Virus record (IMG/VR): IMGVR_UViG_3300048694_001005
Span: 96,001-160,000 of that record
DNA: 64,000 nucleotides
Reading direction: 5' to 3' (one strand)
DNA from: a virus
Shown: piece after piece, positions 10,328 to 20,839 of the stretch
How the letters are laid out: each line of letters starts with the position of its first letter
Position numbering within the stretch: position 1 is the first letter of the stretch
Made by a program: the position numbers and the translations under genes
The notes under the pieces: model-generated
Seen by the model: only the letters and a program-made list of their open reading frames with translations
What the model was told of the DNA's origin: nothing
The model's database searches: none

Positions 10328-11466
10328 GTTATTTTATTCCTGTTGCTTAGGGCTTTACTTAGACCCTGTCGACTTTGAACTGTCTCGCCACCTACTGTTA
10401 CATTCGCAGTATTGTTAGCGAATGCAGCTTTGAAGTTAGTACCACTGCCAGGCGTGTAATTATCACGAACTGCGTCTTCAACTTTAACCCAGCGTCGGCC
10501 ATCAAATCTAAATAATCTATGTGGCAAATAATCCATACGCAGTGCATATTCCCCCACAGTGGGATTGTCGGGAAAGTTGATGCCGCTGGTAACCGGAAAA
10601 CCGTTAGGCGCTAACCCATCACCTGTTAAATATCCTTCAATGCTTTTGTCTGGTGTAGTCACTGCGGTATCCACAGTACTGCCATCAGCGCCGATTACTG
10701 TTTCAGGATTTCCCTGTATGTCATTTTCAACTGGTACTGTATACAACTGAGTTGTGTCGTAACCGCTTTGTGGTGTTTCTGCTTCTGCTTGAGTTACAAC
10801 AGCGTCATTTATATTAATATTTTTGTCGTATGTGCTTAAAATTTGCGCCAAGGTATCAGTAGTATCTTCGCCTGCGGTAATATTATTCAATATATCTTTG
10901 TATTCTTGGCTATCAACAAGTGGTGTAATTTTTGCACGTAATAAATGTGGCCACCAAGTTGGACTATAGCCTTCACTGGCAAACGCTACATCCTGAACTA
11001 CATAATAACGCTTCAATGCTACAGGTATGGTCTCGTCCAGGCTCCAATAATCCTTTTTGTGTTGCAGCTCTAATACGTCACCACTTAGCAATTTTCTGCC
11101 TAAAATCTCTACTGTATCTTTTATATGGAAAACTATGAACAGGGTATCGTTGCTAAGGAAAATACCAAACTGCTCCAAGTTAAAATCAACATCTGCGGTT
11201 TGGTATATGCCGCGTAGATTGTAGACGCTGGTATCATATTTCCTATCTCTATTTTCTAAGAACAATAGATCCTGTATATTTTGTGCTGATTGGTTAATGT
11301 AGTCCGGCTTGGTAGCATCTGTGCTGCCAGTTTGCTGGATTGGGCCTAGATATTTGTGTACATTAATGCCAGTACCGCCTATCGTGAACATTTCACTGAT
11401 ACGGCTATCTATAAATTTGTAGTCTTTGCTGTGGGCACCATTCTGCCAAAGCGATAATCTGGGCAA
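10324..11466 (-). CDS. Neck/head-closure protein (T4 gp14-like)
   Basis: LFLENRDRKYDTSVYNLRGIY...FNLEQFGIFLSNDTLFIVFH; context; TAAATA on the minus strand at about 11490. Confidence 0.7.
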   Translation of the reverse strand: MPRLSLWQNGAHSKDYKFIDSRISEMFTIGGTGINVHKYLGPIQQTGSTDATKPDYINQSAQNIQDLLFLENRDRKYDTSVYNLRGIYQTADVDFNLEQFGIFLSNDTLFIVFHIKDTVEILGRKLLSGDVLELQHKKDYWSLDETIPVALKRYYVVQDVAFASEGYSPTWWPHLLRAKITPLVDSQEYKDILNNITAGEDTTDTLAQILSTYDKNININDAVVTQAEAETPQSGYDTTQLYTVPVENDIQGNPETVIGADGSTVDTAVTTPDKSIEGYLTGDGLAPNGFPVTSGINFPDNPTVGEYALRMDYLPHRLFRFDGRRWVKVEDAVRDNYTPGSGTNFKAAFANNTANVTVGGETVQSRQGLSKALSNRNKIT

Positions 11467-11502
11467 TTTAGTAAATCCTTAAATATCAAGTATTTAGCGG
11501 TA

Positions 11503-11531
11503 TTGACATGGTATCCAAAACCATATATAAT
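11503..11531 (+). promoter_or_regulatory. Sigma70-type early promoter
   Basis: TTGACA(11503-08)-N17-TATAAT(11526-31), perfect consensus. Confidence 0.85.
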
Positions 11532-11560
11532 ACTGATACCATTTTAACATTGGAGAAGCA

Positions 11561-12733
11561 ATGAAACGAGCCAAACGTGTGGTCAAACTAACTGCGGATC
11601 AATTGGTGGACGAAAAATATATAGGTAAAGAGCCGGAATGGCATGGCAAGAAGTTCACTGATGCAGAGCTTGAGCATGCCATTATTCGTGGGCTTAATTA
11701 TTATGCACACTTTTTTAGTGGTCCCGAGTTTAAAAAGGAAATTGAAGCATGGCTGCAGGTTAACAGCAAGTTTACCAAAGCTCAAATAGAAGCTTATCGA
11801 AACAGTCCTGACGGCAAAAGTATCTCAACCCTGGGCGGTTTGGTGCGTATGCATACTCGTGGCGCACCGCTGCGACAGAAACATATTGATTACATTCTGC
11901 GCAAAGTGCAGGAAGTGTCGGCCAAAACTGACAGCGTTTTGGAAAAGATCCAAACGGAAACTGTGCCCGCAGTTAAAACAGGCAAAAAGGCTGTGGTCAA
12001 TTTGATTGATGGCATTCAAGCACGTATGCTTAATCAAGCTCGTGATATTGCGGGTGAAATTGATGGTGATTTGGACGATGCTGTTACCACAGGTGCAGGT
12101 AAGTTGGATGTTTACAAGTATTTGGTTGAGAAGCAAATTAGCCGTCCTGTTGCAGCCAAAATTCGTGCATTTTACGAAGGTGACTATGCTGAAATCAAGG
12201 CCAGCAAAGCCAAAGACGCTGATCCGCAATTGGCCGAAGCTTACGCCTTTCTCAAGGGCGCTAATCTAAAACGTGTTTTGGCTTGGTTTGAGAAAACGTT
12301 TAGCGACTTGGATAACTATGTCAAGCTGAAAAGCCTGGACAAGAAACCACGTAAACGTAAGGCCATTAGTGCAGAAAAAACGGTGAGCCGTATGAAGTTT
12401 TTGCGCGAATACAAAGAACTTAATTTGGTCAGTATTAGCCCTACAGAAATTGTAAAAGCTGAACAGCTCTGGGTCTTTAATACCAAGACTCGTAAACTGG
12501 GACGCTATGTAGCTGAATCCGGTAACACACTTACGGTCAAAGGCACTACGATTCAAAACTACAATGAGCGCGAAAGTATTGCTAAAACTGTGCGTAAACC
12601 CAAGGAAAAATTGCCAGAACTTATGAAGGCTGGCAAGGTCAACTTGCGCAAGTTTATGGATACGATCAAAGCTACCAGCACTAAACTAAACGGCAGGATC
12701 AACGCCGATACACTGTTGCTGCGTGTCGCATAA
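11561..12733 (+). CDS. Conserved hypothetical early protein of large myoviruses (basic C-terminus)
   Basis: 390-aa ORF with its own sigma70 promoter, SD GGAG and terminator; WVFNTKTRKLGRY...VKGTTI...KTVRKP block; function not recognised. Confidence 0.7.
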   Translation: MKRAKRVVKLTADQLVDEKYIGKEPEWHGKKFTDAELEHAIIRGLNYYAHFFSGPEFKKEIEAWLQVNSKFTKAQIEAYRNSPDGKSISTLGGLVRMHTRGAPLRQKHIDYILRKVQEVSAKTDSVLEKIQTETVPAVKTGKKAVVNLIDGIQARMLNQARDIAGEIDGDLDDAVTTGAGKLDVYKYLVEKQISRPVAAKIRAFYEGDYAEIKASKAKDADPQLAEAYAFLKGANLKRVLAWFEKTFSDLDNYVKLKSLDKKPRKRKAISAEKTVSRMKFLREYKELNLVSISPTEIVKAEQLWVFNTKTRKLGRYVAESGNTLTVKGTTIQNYNERESIAKTVRKPKEKLPELMKAGKVNLRKFMDTIKATSTKLNGRINADTLLLRVA

Positions 12734-12756
12734 TAAAAGTCCTAAGTAGGTAATTT

Positions 12757-12784
12757 GATCCCGGGCATGACTCGGGATCTTTTT
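12757..12784 (+). terminator. Rho-independent terminator
   Basis: GATCCCG-loop-CGGGATC followed by a T run. Confidence 0.8.
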
Positions 12785-12830
12785 GGGCCTAATTCCTATC
12801 ACAGCGCATAAATAACGGATAGGAAACCAT

Positions 12831-13880
12831 ATGGCCAGTATCGAAGAATTAAACAAATCCAAAGCACAATTACGCGCCAGAATACAAGATTATATAAGAT
12901 TGCGTCTGGGCGATGCCATGGTCGATGTTGAATTAGACGCAGAACATTACAACATGGCCATTGATCAGTCTATTCTACGTTATAGGCAACGTGCTGCAAA
13001 CGCGACAGAAGAAAGCTATGCCTTTCTAGATTTGGTTGGTGAGGTTCAGTCTTACACATTGCCACAGGAAATATTGGAAGTGCGTCAAGTATTCCGTCGT
13101 GGCATAGGCAGTGTAACTGGCACCACAGCAAGCCAGTTTGAACCATTTGCTTCTGGCTATTTGAATACTTATATGTTGGTAGCAGGTCGCGTTGGTGGAC
13201 TAGTCAACTATGAACTGTTTACTCAGTATCAAGAACTGGCAATGCGTATGTTTGGTGGACATGTGAACTTTACCTGGAACCGCGTGGGCAAACAATTAAC
13301 CATAGTTCGTAAAATGCCAAACTTGGGCGGCGCAAGTGGTACCGCTTCTGCTACTGCTATCGTTGGTGATATCATAACTGTAAGTGATACAAGAAAACTA
13401 ACGGTCAATGCTCCCATTACCTTCGTTAATACTACTTTTGGTAACGTAGAATCTGGCAAGCAATATTATGTAAAGTCTATACCAACCAATGGCGCACCAG
13501 GAACTATAACAATAAGTGATACTGTGGGGGGTACCGTAATTCAATTGGACGATGCAACTGGCAATATGAGTTGGGTCAGTGGTAATAAAGATCAAATATC
13601 AGAAACTGTATTGTTATGGTGCAATAACTATAAACCAGAGATAACCTTATTGCAAGATTATCAAATATTTCCCTGGGTTCAAGAATATGCTTTTGCTATT
13701 GCGAAACATACACTGGGAGAAGCGCGAGAAAAGTTCAATACTATAGCTAGTCCGCAGGGTGGCACAAGCCTAAATGGCGCCACGCTTAAAACAGAAGCTA
13801 AAGAATTAATGGATAAACTGGAAGAAGAATTGAAACTTTATGTAGATGGTTCTCAACCCTACTGGTTCGTGATTGGATAA
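12831..13880 (+). CDS. Neck/head-tail adaptor (T4 gp13-like) with an inserted beta domain
   Basis: DYIRLRLGDAMVDVELD..HYNMAIDQSI..YRQR; WVQEYAFAIAKHTLGEAREKF...GGTSLNG; CATAAATA upstream. Confidence 0.8.
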   Translation: MASIEELNKSKAQLRARIQDYIRLRLGDAMVDVELDAEHYNMAIDQSILRYRQRAANATEESYAFLDLVGEVQSYTLPQEILEVRQVFRRGIGSVTGTTASQFEPFASGYLNTYMLVAGRVGGLVNYELFTQYQELAMRMFGGHVNFTWNRVGKQLTIVRKMPNLGGASGTASATAIVGDIITVSDTRKLTVNAPITFVNTTFGNVESGKQYYVKSIPTNGAPGTITISDTVGGTVIQLDDATGNMSWVSGNKDQISETVLLWCNNYKPEITLLQDYQIFPWVQEYAFAIAKHTLGEAREKFNTIASPQGGTSLNGATLKTEAKELMDKLEEELKLYVDGSQPYWFVIG

Positions 13881-13884
13881 ACAT

Positions 13885-14271
13885 ATGAGAGCACGAGAAT
13901 TTATAGTTGAAACAGCACCTGACGGAAAAATGAAAGATGAACACAAAGCATCGCATACTGGTATGTGGCGTATGCGTGATGTTGGTGGCTATGATAGAAC
14001 TTACCACTTAAATCGTTTTATGATGGCTATGGCTATGTCAGATGGTAAAAGTACCGGCAAGATTGATGGTATAGATGCCAGTAGTTGGGTAGAGAAATTC
14101 AATATTGCTCATCCTTATACGCCACAGGAACACAATATGGTGGCCGCTGCAATGGCTACAATACCAACTGATGGTGAACAGCTCAGTGATGATTTAATGA
14201 GCCACGAAACCCCAGACGTCAATAAAACGAGTCCACTACCCAAAAAGAAAAAGAACCGTTACGGAGTTTAA
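13885..14271 (+). CDS. Small virion protein, paralog A (MRAREFIVE N-terminus)
   Basis: ORF; similar to the next ORF, ending SPLPKKKKNRYGV. Confidence 0.7.
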   Translation: MRAREFIVETAPDGKMKDEHKASHTGMWRMRDVGGYDRTYHLNRFMMAMAMSDGKSTGKIDGIDASSWVEKFNIAHPYTPQEHNMVAAAMATIPTDGEQLSDDLMSHETPDVNKTSPLPKKKKNRYGV

Positions 14272-14640
14272 ATGAGATTTAAAGAAATCATGGAGCAGTT
14301 GGAGTTTCATAAAGATCACAAGGATGCTATTCCTGGTGCTGTAAAATCTGGTCTTGATGCAAATCCAGAAGGTCCCAGCAATTATTATCACAAATATAGG
14401 CTGGGTGTAGCAATGGCTGGCAGTCCAGAACATTTAGAGAATATAACTAATACTGGTCCTGCTTGCGATAACATGGTTACTTTGTCTTACACTGACGCTG
14501 ATCGTGACATCATTAAAAAAGCTCATAATAAAATGGGTTACCCATACAAAGAACTTACGTCCCAGGGTAGCAAAGAGCACGAGTCAGTAAACAAGGCAAG
14601 CCCAGTGCCCAAGCGTCGCAAAAATCAACACGGCGTATAA
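14272..14640 (+). CDS. Small virion protein, paralog B (MRFKEIME N-terminus)
   Basis: ORF ending SPVPKRRKNQHGV. Confidence 0.7.
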   Translation: MRFKEIMEQLEFHKDHKDAIPGAVKSGLDANPEGPSNYYHKYRLGVAMAGSPEHLENITNTGPACDNMVTLSYTDADRDIIKKAHNKMGYPYKELTSQGSKEHESVNKASPVPKRRKNQHGV

Positions 14641-14644
14641 AAAT

Positions 14645-14672
14645 TTGACACCGCAGATCCTGATGCTACAAT
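14645..14672 (+). promoter_or_regulatory. Sigma70-type promoter
   Basis: TTGACA-N16-TACAAT upstream of the dNMP kinase. Confidence 0.6.
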
Positions 14673-14690
14673 AGCACAAAGGATCTAACT

Positions 14691-15338
14691 ATGAGCAAAA
14701 TCATTGCAGTATGCGGTTGGCAGGGGTCAGGTAAAGACACCATTGCTGACTATCTCGTAAACAACTATGGCTTTAGACGTGACAGCTTTGCCAGTACTCT
14801 CAAAGATGCGGTAAGTGTGATCTTTGGCTGGGACCGTGAGCTTTTGGAGGGTCGTACTAAAGCCAGCAGAGCTTGGCGTGAGCAAGTGGATCAGTGGTGG
14901 GCCGAGCATTTGAACATACCAGACCTAACCCCACGTTGGATATTGCAGCAGTGGGGCACTGAGGTAGGTCGTAGAGGCTTTCACGACAATATCTGGGTAG
15001 CTAGTTTGGAAAACAAACTACGCAAAACCACCGATGACATCGTGATTTCTGACTGTAGATTTCCCAATGAGATCGAAGCTTTACGCAATGCTGGTGCTAA
15101 ACTGGTGTGGGTTGAGCGTGGTGATAGGCCTGTTTGGTACGACTGGGCGGTACGCTATAACCGGGCCAATGATGAGCAGCGTACCATTATGCGCATCGTA
15201 GCCGATCTAGAAGAAAGCATGTTTCGGTACCGGATCCACGAAAGTGAGTGGGCTTGGGTTGGGCATGAGTTTGACTACAACATTGACAACAATGGTAGCT
15301 TGGAAGATCTATACACCCAAGTTCGTGCCATAGTTTAG
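14691..15338 (+). CDS. Deoxynucleoside monophosphate kinase (T4 gp1-like)
   Basis: P-loop GWQGSGKDT; FASTLKDAV; PRWILQQWGTEVGR; VISDCRFPNE; HESE. Confidence 0.9.
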   Translation: MSKIIAVCGWQGSGKDTIADYLVNNYGFRRDSFASTLKDAVSVIFGWDRELLEGRTKASRAWREQVDQWWAEHLNIPDLTPRWILQQWGTEVGRRGFHDNIWVASLENKLRKTTDDIVISDCRFPNEIEALRNAGAKLVWVERGDRPVWYDWAVRYNRANDEQRTIMRIVADLEESMFRYRIHESEWAWVGHEFDYNIDNNGSLEDLYTQVRAIV

Positions 15339-15718
15339 AAGTCTGGCACCAAATCTCCCTGAGCCCATCCCGTCTTACTTTTAACTATTTCCAGTTCGCA
15401 ATTTAGGCAAATAGTTTTTAAGTTAGTGGGATGGGTATCACCACGACGACCATTTATATGGTAAACGTGTAATTGCTCACGATACTTACTCTTAAAGCCA
15501 CATTTCTCACAGTAAGTTTTCTTCTTGTAGCCTGATCTCATCCAAGCAGGATTTTTAGCTAGCCCCAGTCTTGAGCAACGATCGCATTTGGATCGGTAGT
15601 AAGTGACGCCAGACCTGATTAAGTTAATAGCACAAGGTTTTTTCTGGCACACTGGACAAGTTGGTCTAATTTTTTCCCTTACTTTCATTCTGTATTTATT
15701 GAAAAACCTTAATATCAC
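15335..15718 (-). CDS. HNH-like zinc-finger nuclease
   Basis: CxxC pairs; HVYHINGRRGDTHPTNLKTICLNC. Confidence 0.65.
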   Translation of the reverse strand: MILRFFNKYRMKVREKIRPTCPVCQKKPCAINLIRSGVTYYRSKCDRCSRLGLAKNPAWMRSGYKKKTYCEKCGFKSKYREQLHVYHINGRRGDTHPTNLKTICLNCELEIVKSKTGWAQGDLVPDF

Positions 15719-15791
15719 CTTACTTAGCTCCTAATCAGCACTGATTTTGGGGTTCTAAATAAATATTGTTATTAACGTGAGGAACACAATT

Positions 15792-18700
15792 ATGGTATCA
15801 CTAGTATCCCCAGGAGTAAGTGTACAGGTTATTGACGAGAGCATTTATGCTCCAACAGCAGTGGCAACAGTGCCGCTAGTTATTTTTGCTTCAGCTCAGG
15901 ACAAAACTACGCCCAGTGGCACTACCGCTGCTGGAACGCTAATGGCCAATGCTGGTAAAACATACTTAATTAGCAGTCAGCGTGAACTAGTTTCTACATT
16001 CGGCACACCACAATTTTATAAAGACAGCAATGGTACGCCACTACATGGCTATGAAATTAACGAATACGGACTGATGGCTGCTTATAGCGCATTGGGCGTC
16101 AGCAATCGTGTTTACATGCTACGTGCAGACATTGATCTAGCACAGCTGGTTGGTACAAGTGTTCGTCCAACCGCAGCACCAGCAAATGGTACTGTATGGC
16201 TGGACCTAGCAGACACACGTTGGGGTCTGTTTGAGTGGGACGCAGATACAAAAACCTTCGTTAACATTGATAGCCCAACTTTGATCACATCTGTTAGCCA
16301 GCTTGTGGGTTCAGTAGTAACTGGTGCACCACTACAAACTATTGGCAGTGTGGGTGATTACGCTATTGTAGTAGCCAGCACACAAAATTCAGTTTACTAT
16401 AAATGCCATGACAACACTTGGCAAGAAGTTGGTAGCGATGATTGGTGTAGCCGTATTCCTGCTATCATCAGTGGTTATACTAACCCAAGTATTAACGCTT
16501 CGCATAGTTTGTTTATTAACACTCAGGAAGTTACTTTAACAGCAGCTACTATTGCTAATGTAGCCAGCAGAATTAATACAGCAGCTATAACTGGTATTAC
16601 TGCATTTAATGACAATGGTGTACTAAAAATTTGTGCAGACAGTACAGCAACCAGTGATGGCAGCACCGTGGACGGTCAAATTCACATTACTGCAGGTACT
16701 GGAACATTGTTGGCCAATTTAGGTATTACGGCAGGATTCTATAAACGCGCAACATTTGTAGCTCAGCCTCATACACAGGTTCCTTCTTGGAAAACCAGTG
16801 GTACCGATACTAGACCCAGTGGCAGTGTGTGGGCTAAAACAACTAGTCCAAATGCTGGTGCAAATTATGTGGTTAAGGTCTATAACTCTTTAACTAAAAC
16901 ATGGAATACGTCGGCAGCAACTCTGTCAGTTACAGAATCTAATCTAAACACAATATTAGATCCTGCTGGTGGTGGTGCCAATATTGCGCAGGGTTCTTTT
17001 GCAGTGATAGTAAACAGTATGAGACAATCACCAACTGTGGCGGAGTTTGAACTTCACACCCGTGCGGTTTATGGTGCTACGGTAATTACTGGCACGGCAA
17101 CTAATCCAACCCTAAGCACCCCAGCCAGTTTCACAATTGGTACTAGTGTAGTTGGTGGCACCAGTATTACTAATACTACTTCGGTAACTGTTCCCAGTTC
17201 TAGCCTTGTTGATCTAGTTACCGCAATTCAATCACTTAATATTGAAAACTTAACAGTATCTATAACAACTGCTGGTGCTATACAGTTTACTCATACCAAA
17301 GGCGGAAATATTGTGTTTAATAACACAAGCGGAACTCCGTTGACGACATTGGGTATCACTAGCAGCACACCTTATGTAACTTTGAGAGCAAACGGAACTC
17401 TTGCTGGCAGCAATTGGGTAGCAGCTACCTATACAGCAAGCATGGAAACACCCAGCACTGATCCTGAGACTGGTACATATTGGTACGACAGTGTTACCAA
17501 TGAAGTTGATATTATGATTCACGATGGTAATACATGGAAAGGTTATAAAAACGTAACCAACGATGCTCGTGGATATAATCTATTCAACACAGATCCAGCT
17601 GGTCCCATTGTTAGTGCAAGCGAACCAGAAACACAAACAGATGGTTCAGCATTGGTATACGGTGATCTGTGGATTGATACCAGTGATTTGGAAAATTATC
17701 CTAAGATTTATCGTTATGATAATGTCAGTGGCATGGGCAAATGGCAGTTGATTGACAACACTGATCAAACTACTGAAAACGGTATTTTATTTGCAGATGC
17801 CCGTTGGGCAACTAACGGCACCACTGATGTAATTACCGATGACAAACCCACCATTGTATCACTACAAAGCAGCAATCATTTGGATATTGATGCACCAGTT
17901 GCAGCAAACTATCCACGTGGCATGTTGTTGTGGAATACACGTCGTAGTGGCTACAATGTTAAAAAGTTTGTTTACAATTACTTCAATGCTACGGACTTTC
18001 CAGATGATACGTTGCCAGACTACACTAATGCATGGGTAAATGCCAGCGGAAACAGAAACGACGGCAGCCCATACATGGGACGCAAAGCAGCTCGCGTAAT
18101 CATTACTAGTGCAATGGCCGCTGTGGTTAGTACCAGCACTGAAATACGTGAAGAACAACGTAATTTTAATTTGATCACTTGCCCAGGTTATCCTGAACTA
18201 GCTGATGAAATGATTGCGTTGAATAACGATCGCAAATCTACTGCGTTCATTATTGCTGATACTCCTATGCGTTTAGCAGCAAATGGTACTGTATTGCAGA
18301 ACTGGGCACTGGGCAATGATTATGACAGCATTACAAATGCTGATCCATATGTTGGCGTCTTTTATCCTAGCGGTGTAACTAGCAATCCATTTACAACTGG
18401 TAATGCAGAAATTTTGGTACCACCAAGTCATATGGCATTGCGTGTTATTATTCGCAACGATGATGTGGCATTCCCCTGGTTTGCGCCAGCAGGATTACGT
18501 CGTGGATTAGTTGATAATGCTACTCGTGTAGGTTATATTGATGCAGCTACGGGTGAGCTACAGACGGTGGGTATTACCGAAGCACTGCGTGATACACTTT
18601 ATGAGAACAAGATCAATCCAATTACTTACTTGCCTGGAACAGGCCTAGTAGTGTATGGACAAAAGACCTTGAACCCATACGCCAGCGCACTGGATCGCAT

Positions 18701-19013
18701 CAATGTTGCACGTTTAGTTGTTTACATTCGTGAACGCTTGCAGCAAATCGTCAAGCCATTCTTGTTTGAACCCAACGACAAGATTACACGCGATGAAGCT
18801 AAACAGGTTGTTGAAAGTTTAATGAACGACTTGGTGGCAAAACGTGGTCTGTACGATTATTTGGTAATTTGTGATACGACAAATAATACTCCGGATCGCA
18901 TTGATCGTAATGAGTTGTATATTGACGTAGCTATTGAACCAGTAAAAGCAGTGGAATTTATTTATATTCCAGTGCGTATTAAGAATACTGGTTCAATCGC
19001 AGCAGGTACTTAA
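15792..19013 (+). CDS. Contractile tail sheath protein (gp18-like)
   Basis: LVSPGVSVQVIDES N-terminus; WFAPAGLRRG; LYENKINPI; GQKTL; SALDRINVARL; FLFEPND; EFIYIPVRI. AATAAATA upstream. Confidence 0.95.
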   Translation: MVSLVSPGVSVQVIDESIYAPTAVATVPLVIFASAQDKTTPSGTTAAGTLMANAGKTYLISSQRELVSTFGTPQFYKDSNGTPLHGYEINEYGLMAAYSALGVSNRVYMLRADIDLAQLVGTSVRPTAAPANGTVWLDLADTRWGLFEWDADTKTFVNIDSPTLITSVSQLVGSVVTGAPLQTIGSVGDYAIVVASTQNSVYYKCHDNTWQEVGSDDWCSRIPAIISGYTNPSINASHSLFINTQEVTLTAATIANVASRINTAAITGITAFNDNGVLKICADSTATSDGSTVDGQIHITAGTGTLLANLGITAGFYKRATFVAQPHTQVPSWKTSGTDTRPSGSVWAKTTSPNAGANYVVKVYNSLTKTWNTSAATLSVTESNLNTILDPAGGGANIAQGSFAVIVNSMRQSPTVAEFELHTRAVYGATVITGTATNPTLSTPASFTIGTSVVGGTSITNTTSVTVPSSSLVDLVTAIQSLNIENLTVSITTAGAIQFTHTKGGNIVFNNTSGTPLTTLGITSSTPYVTLRANGTLAGSNWVAATYTASMETPSTDPETGTYWYDSVTNEVDIMIHDGNTWKGYKNVTNDARGYNLFNTDPAGPIVSASEPETQTDGSALVYGDLWIDTSDLENYPKIYRYDNVSGMGKWQLIDNTDQTTENGILFADARWATNGTTDVITDDKPTIVSLQSSNHLDIDAPVAANYPRGMLLWNTRRSGYNVKKFVYNYFNATDFPDDTLPDYTNAWVNASGNRNDGSPYMGRKAARVIITSAMAAVVSTSTEIREEQRNFNLITCPGYPELADEMIALNNDRKSTAFIIADTPMRLAANGTVLQNWALGNDYDSITNADPYVGVFYPSGVTSNPFTTGNAEILVPPSHMALRVIIRNDDVAFPWFAPAGLRRGLVDNATRVGYIDAATGELQTVGITEALRDTLYENKINPITYLPGTGLVVYGQKTLNPYASALDRINVARLVVYIRERLQQIVKPFLFEPNDKITRDEAKQVVESLMNDLVAKRGLYDYLVICDTTNNTPDRIDRNELYIDVAIEPVKAVEFIYIPVRIKNTGSIAAGT

Positions 19014-19030
19014 TTAGCAACAAACAAAAT

Positions 19031-19056
19031 AAAGGGGCTACGGCCCCTTTATTTTT
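19031..19056. terminator. Bidirectional intrinsic terminator between the convergent sheath and endonuclease genes
   Basis: AAAGGGGC-TACG-GCCCCTTTATTTTT. Confidence 0.8.
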
Positions 19057-20695
19057 GAGTCCATGTCCAACGGCTGTTACCGCAGTCCCAAATTCGTAGA
19101 TAGCCCTGTTTTAATCTATTTTCGTATTCGGTCAATTGTTGATCATCCTTTTTATTTTTTCTTAAAGCAAACCTATGAATACGTTTTAGGTTTTTCAAAT
19201 CAATATACCAATAATTGAGAGAAGTGTTGCCTTGGTAATCAAATCCTAAAGTTTGATATAATTTTCCTGAGCCCCACCTAAGGTCACCATAACTTATTAC
19301 ATGCTGTGGTTGATACTGTTTAATGAAAAAAGTAAATAACTTGCTTGCACCGCCCACAACATTTTTTCTTGTGCAGAACCTAACCAATTCCCAGTGGTTA
19401 CATTTTCTCTTTCCCCCTTTGGCTGGGTTTAAGGCTGCAAAGGTCATTACTGCCACTAACTCATTCGCAAAATAAAGTCCAAGTTTAATTTTAGATTTAG
19501 CGGAGCCCTGAATATGCCACAAGTCTAAAAAACCTTTTTCCTGTTCTTTGTTAATAATTTTCACTTCGCATTTTCTAGCATATATTTTTTCATTGGACAT
19601 CCCTAATGCATAGGTGAGTTTTTGTTTTACAATTTCTTTCTTGTGTTCCCATTCATCTTCAAAGATATGAATTAATTTAATACCCTGTTTTTGAGCTGCG
19701 CATAATTTTTCAAAATGATATTTTTTATCAACCCTAGTATCGTTATGCCAAAATAACCCATTGAATTCTATCCCAATCTTTTTTTCTGGAACAAAAATAT
19801 CAATCTCTTGATTACCTAACAATTTTTTATTTTCTAAAATTTCTAATCCTAGACTTTTAATGAATTGCTTGATTTGTTGTTCCTTCAAACTGCCTTTGTT
19901 GATGCCAGAACAGTACAAACAAGGTGTGCCAGCATTACGTATCCTCCATTTGTACGTTTCTGAAGGTAAAGCGTCAACATTGCCGCAATCGCAGGAAAAT
20001 TTTATTACTTTATTTGGATTCTCAAATAAATTTGTTTTTTCTTGATCGGCTGTAATATCTAATAACTTAATTGACGGTGGTGAGAATAATTGATAAGAGG
20101 TCCAACGGTTTTCTTCGCTTTTAGCTTTAAATTCTTCACTCAAATAGTAATGCTTTACTCCATAATTTTCTAACAATGTTTGCTGGCATTTTTCTAAATG
20201 AGTAGACAACTGTCCGGCATTAGTTACCCCATATCTTTCCTTCAATGTTTTCCTGCCTTTTATATTCAATTCTAAAGCTCGTTCTTTGGCTTTTTGAGCA
20301 GTGCGTGGCGAAACCTTTGCTCCGTATTTCTTCAACATAGTTTCGGTTCTTTTTACTTGTATGATTTTAGATTTCTGCGGATTATCCACACCATATTTTT
20401 TGAGGTTGGTGGCTCTAAATTTTGTTAATCGTGCATTAACTTTATCATGTGTTTTGGAAATTTGATCTCTACATTTAGTGCTACAGGTTTGTTTACCTAA
20501 AGATTTGACTGTTACACCACAGCAAATACAATAAGGTGACGTATTGTTCACAATGGAATAGATCTGTAAGTTGAGACTGACACCAGGATACAAAGCATCT
20601 AGAGAATTAATTATTTCTAAATTTTGCCTAGCTCGTCTGGTGCGCCCCTTGGCAGCTATTTTTTCAAAATACTCTTTAAGTTCGTTTTTGGTCAT
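19049..20695 (-). mobile_element. Free-standing Hef-like homing endonuclease (KYGV repeats + Vsr/PD-(D/E)XK-like domain)
   Basis: KKYGVDNPQKS repeats; EIDIFVPEKKIGIEFNGLFWH; IYARKCEVK; WELVRFC; GGASKLF; ISYGDLRWG. AT-rich, on the opposite strand between sheath and tube. Confidence 0.75.
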
Positions 20696-20839
20696 AAGTG
20701 ATTTACTGGTAATTTGTGATTAAAAGTATTTAAGATAAAATATGTCTAATTATATACGTAGTTTATACCTGATATAAGTAGACACCAGAAAACCCGTCAT
20801 CAAATAAATATTAATGTATCCTTTTAAGGAGTAACAAAA

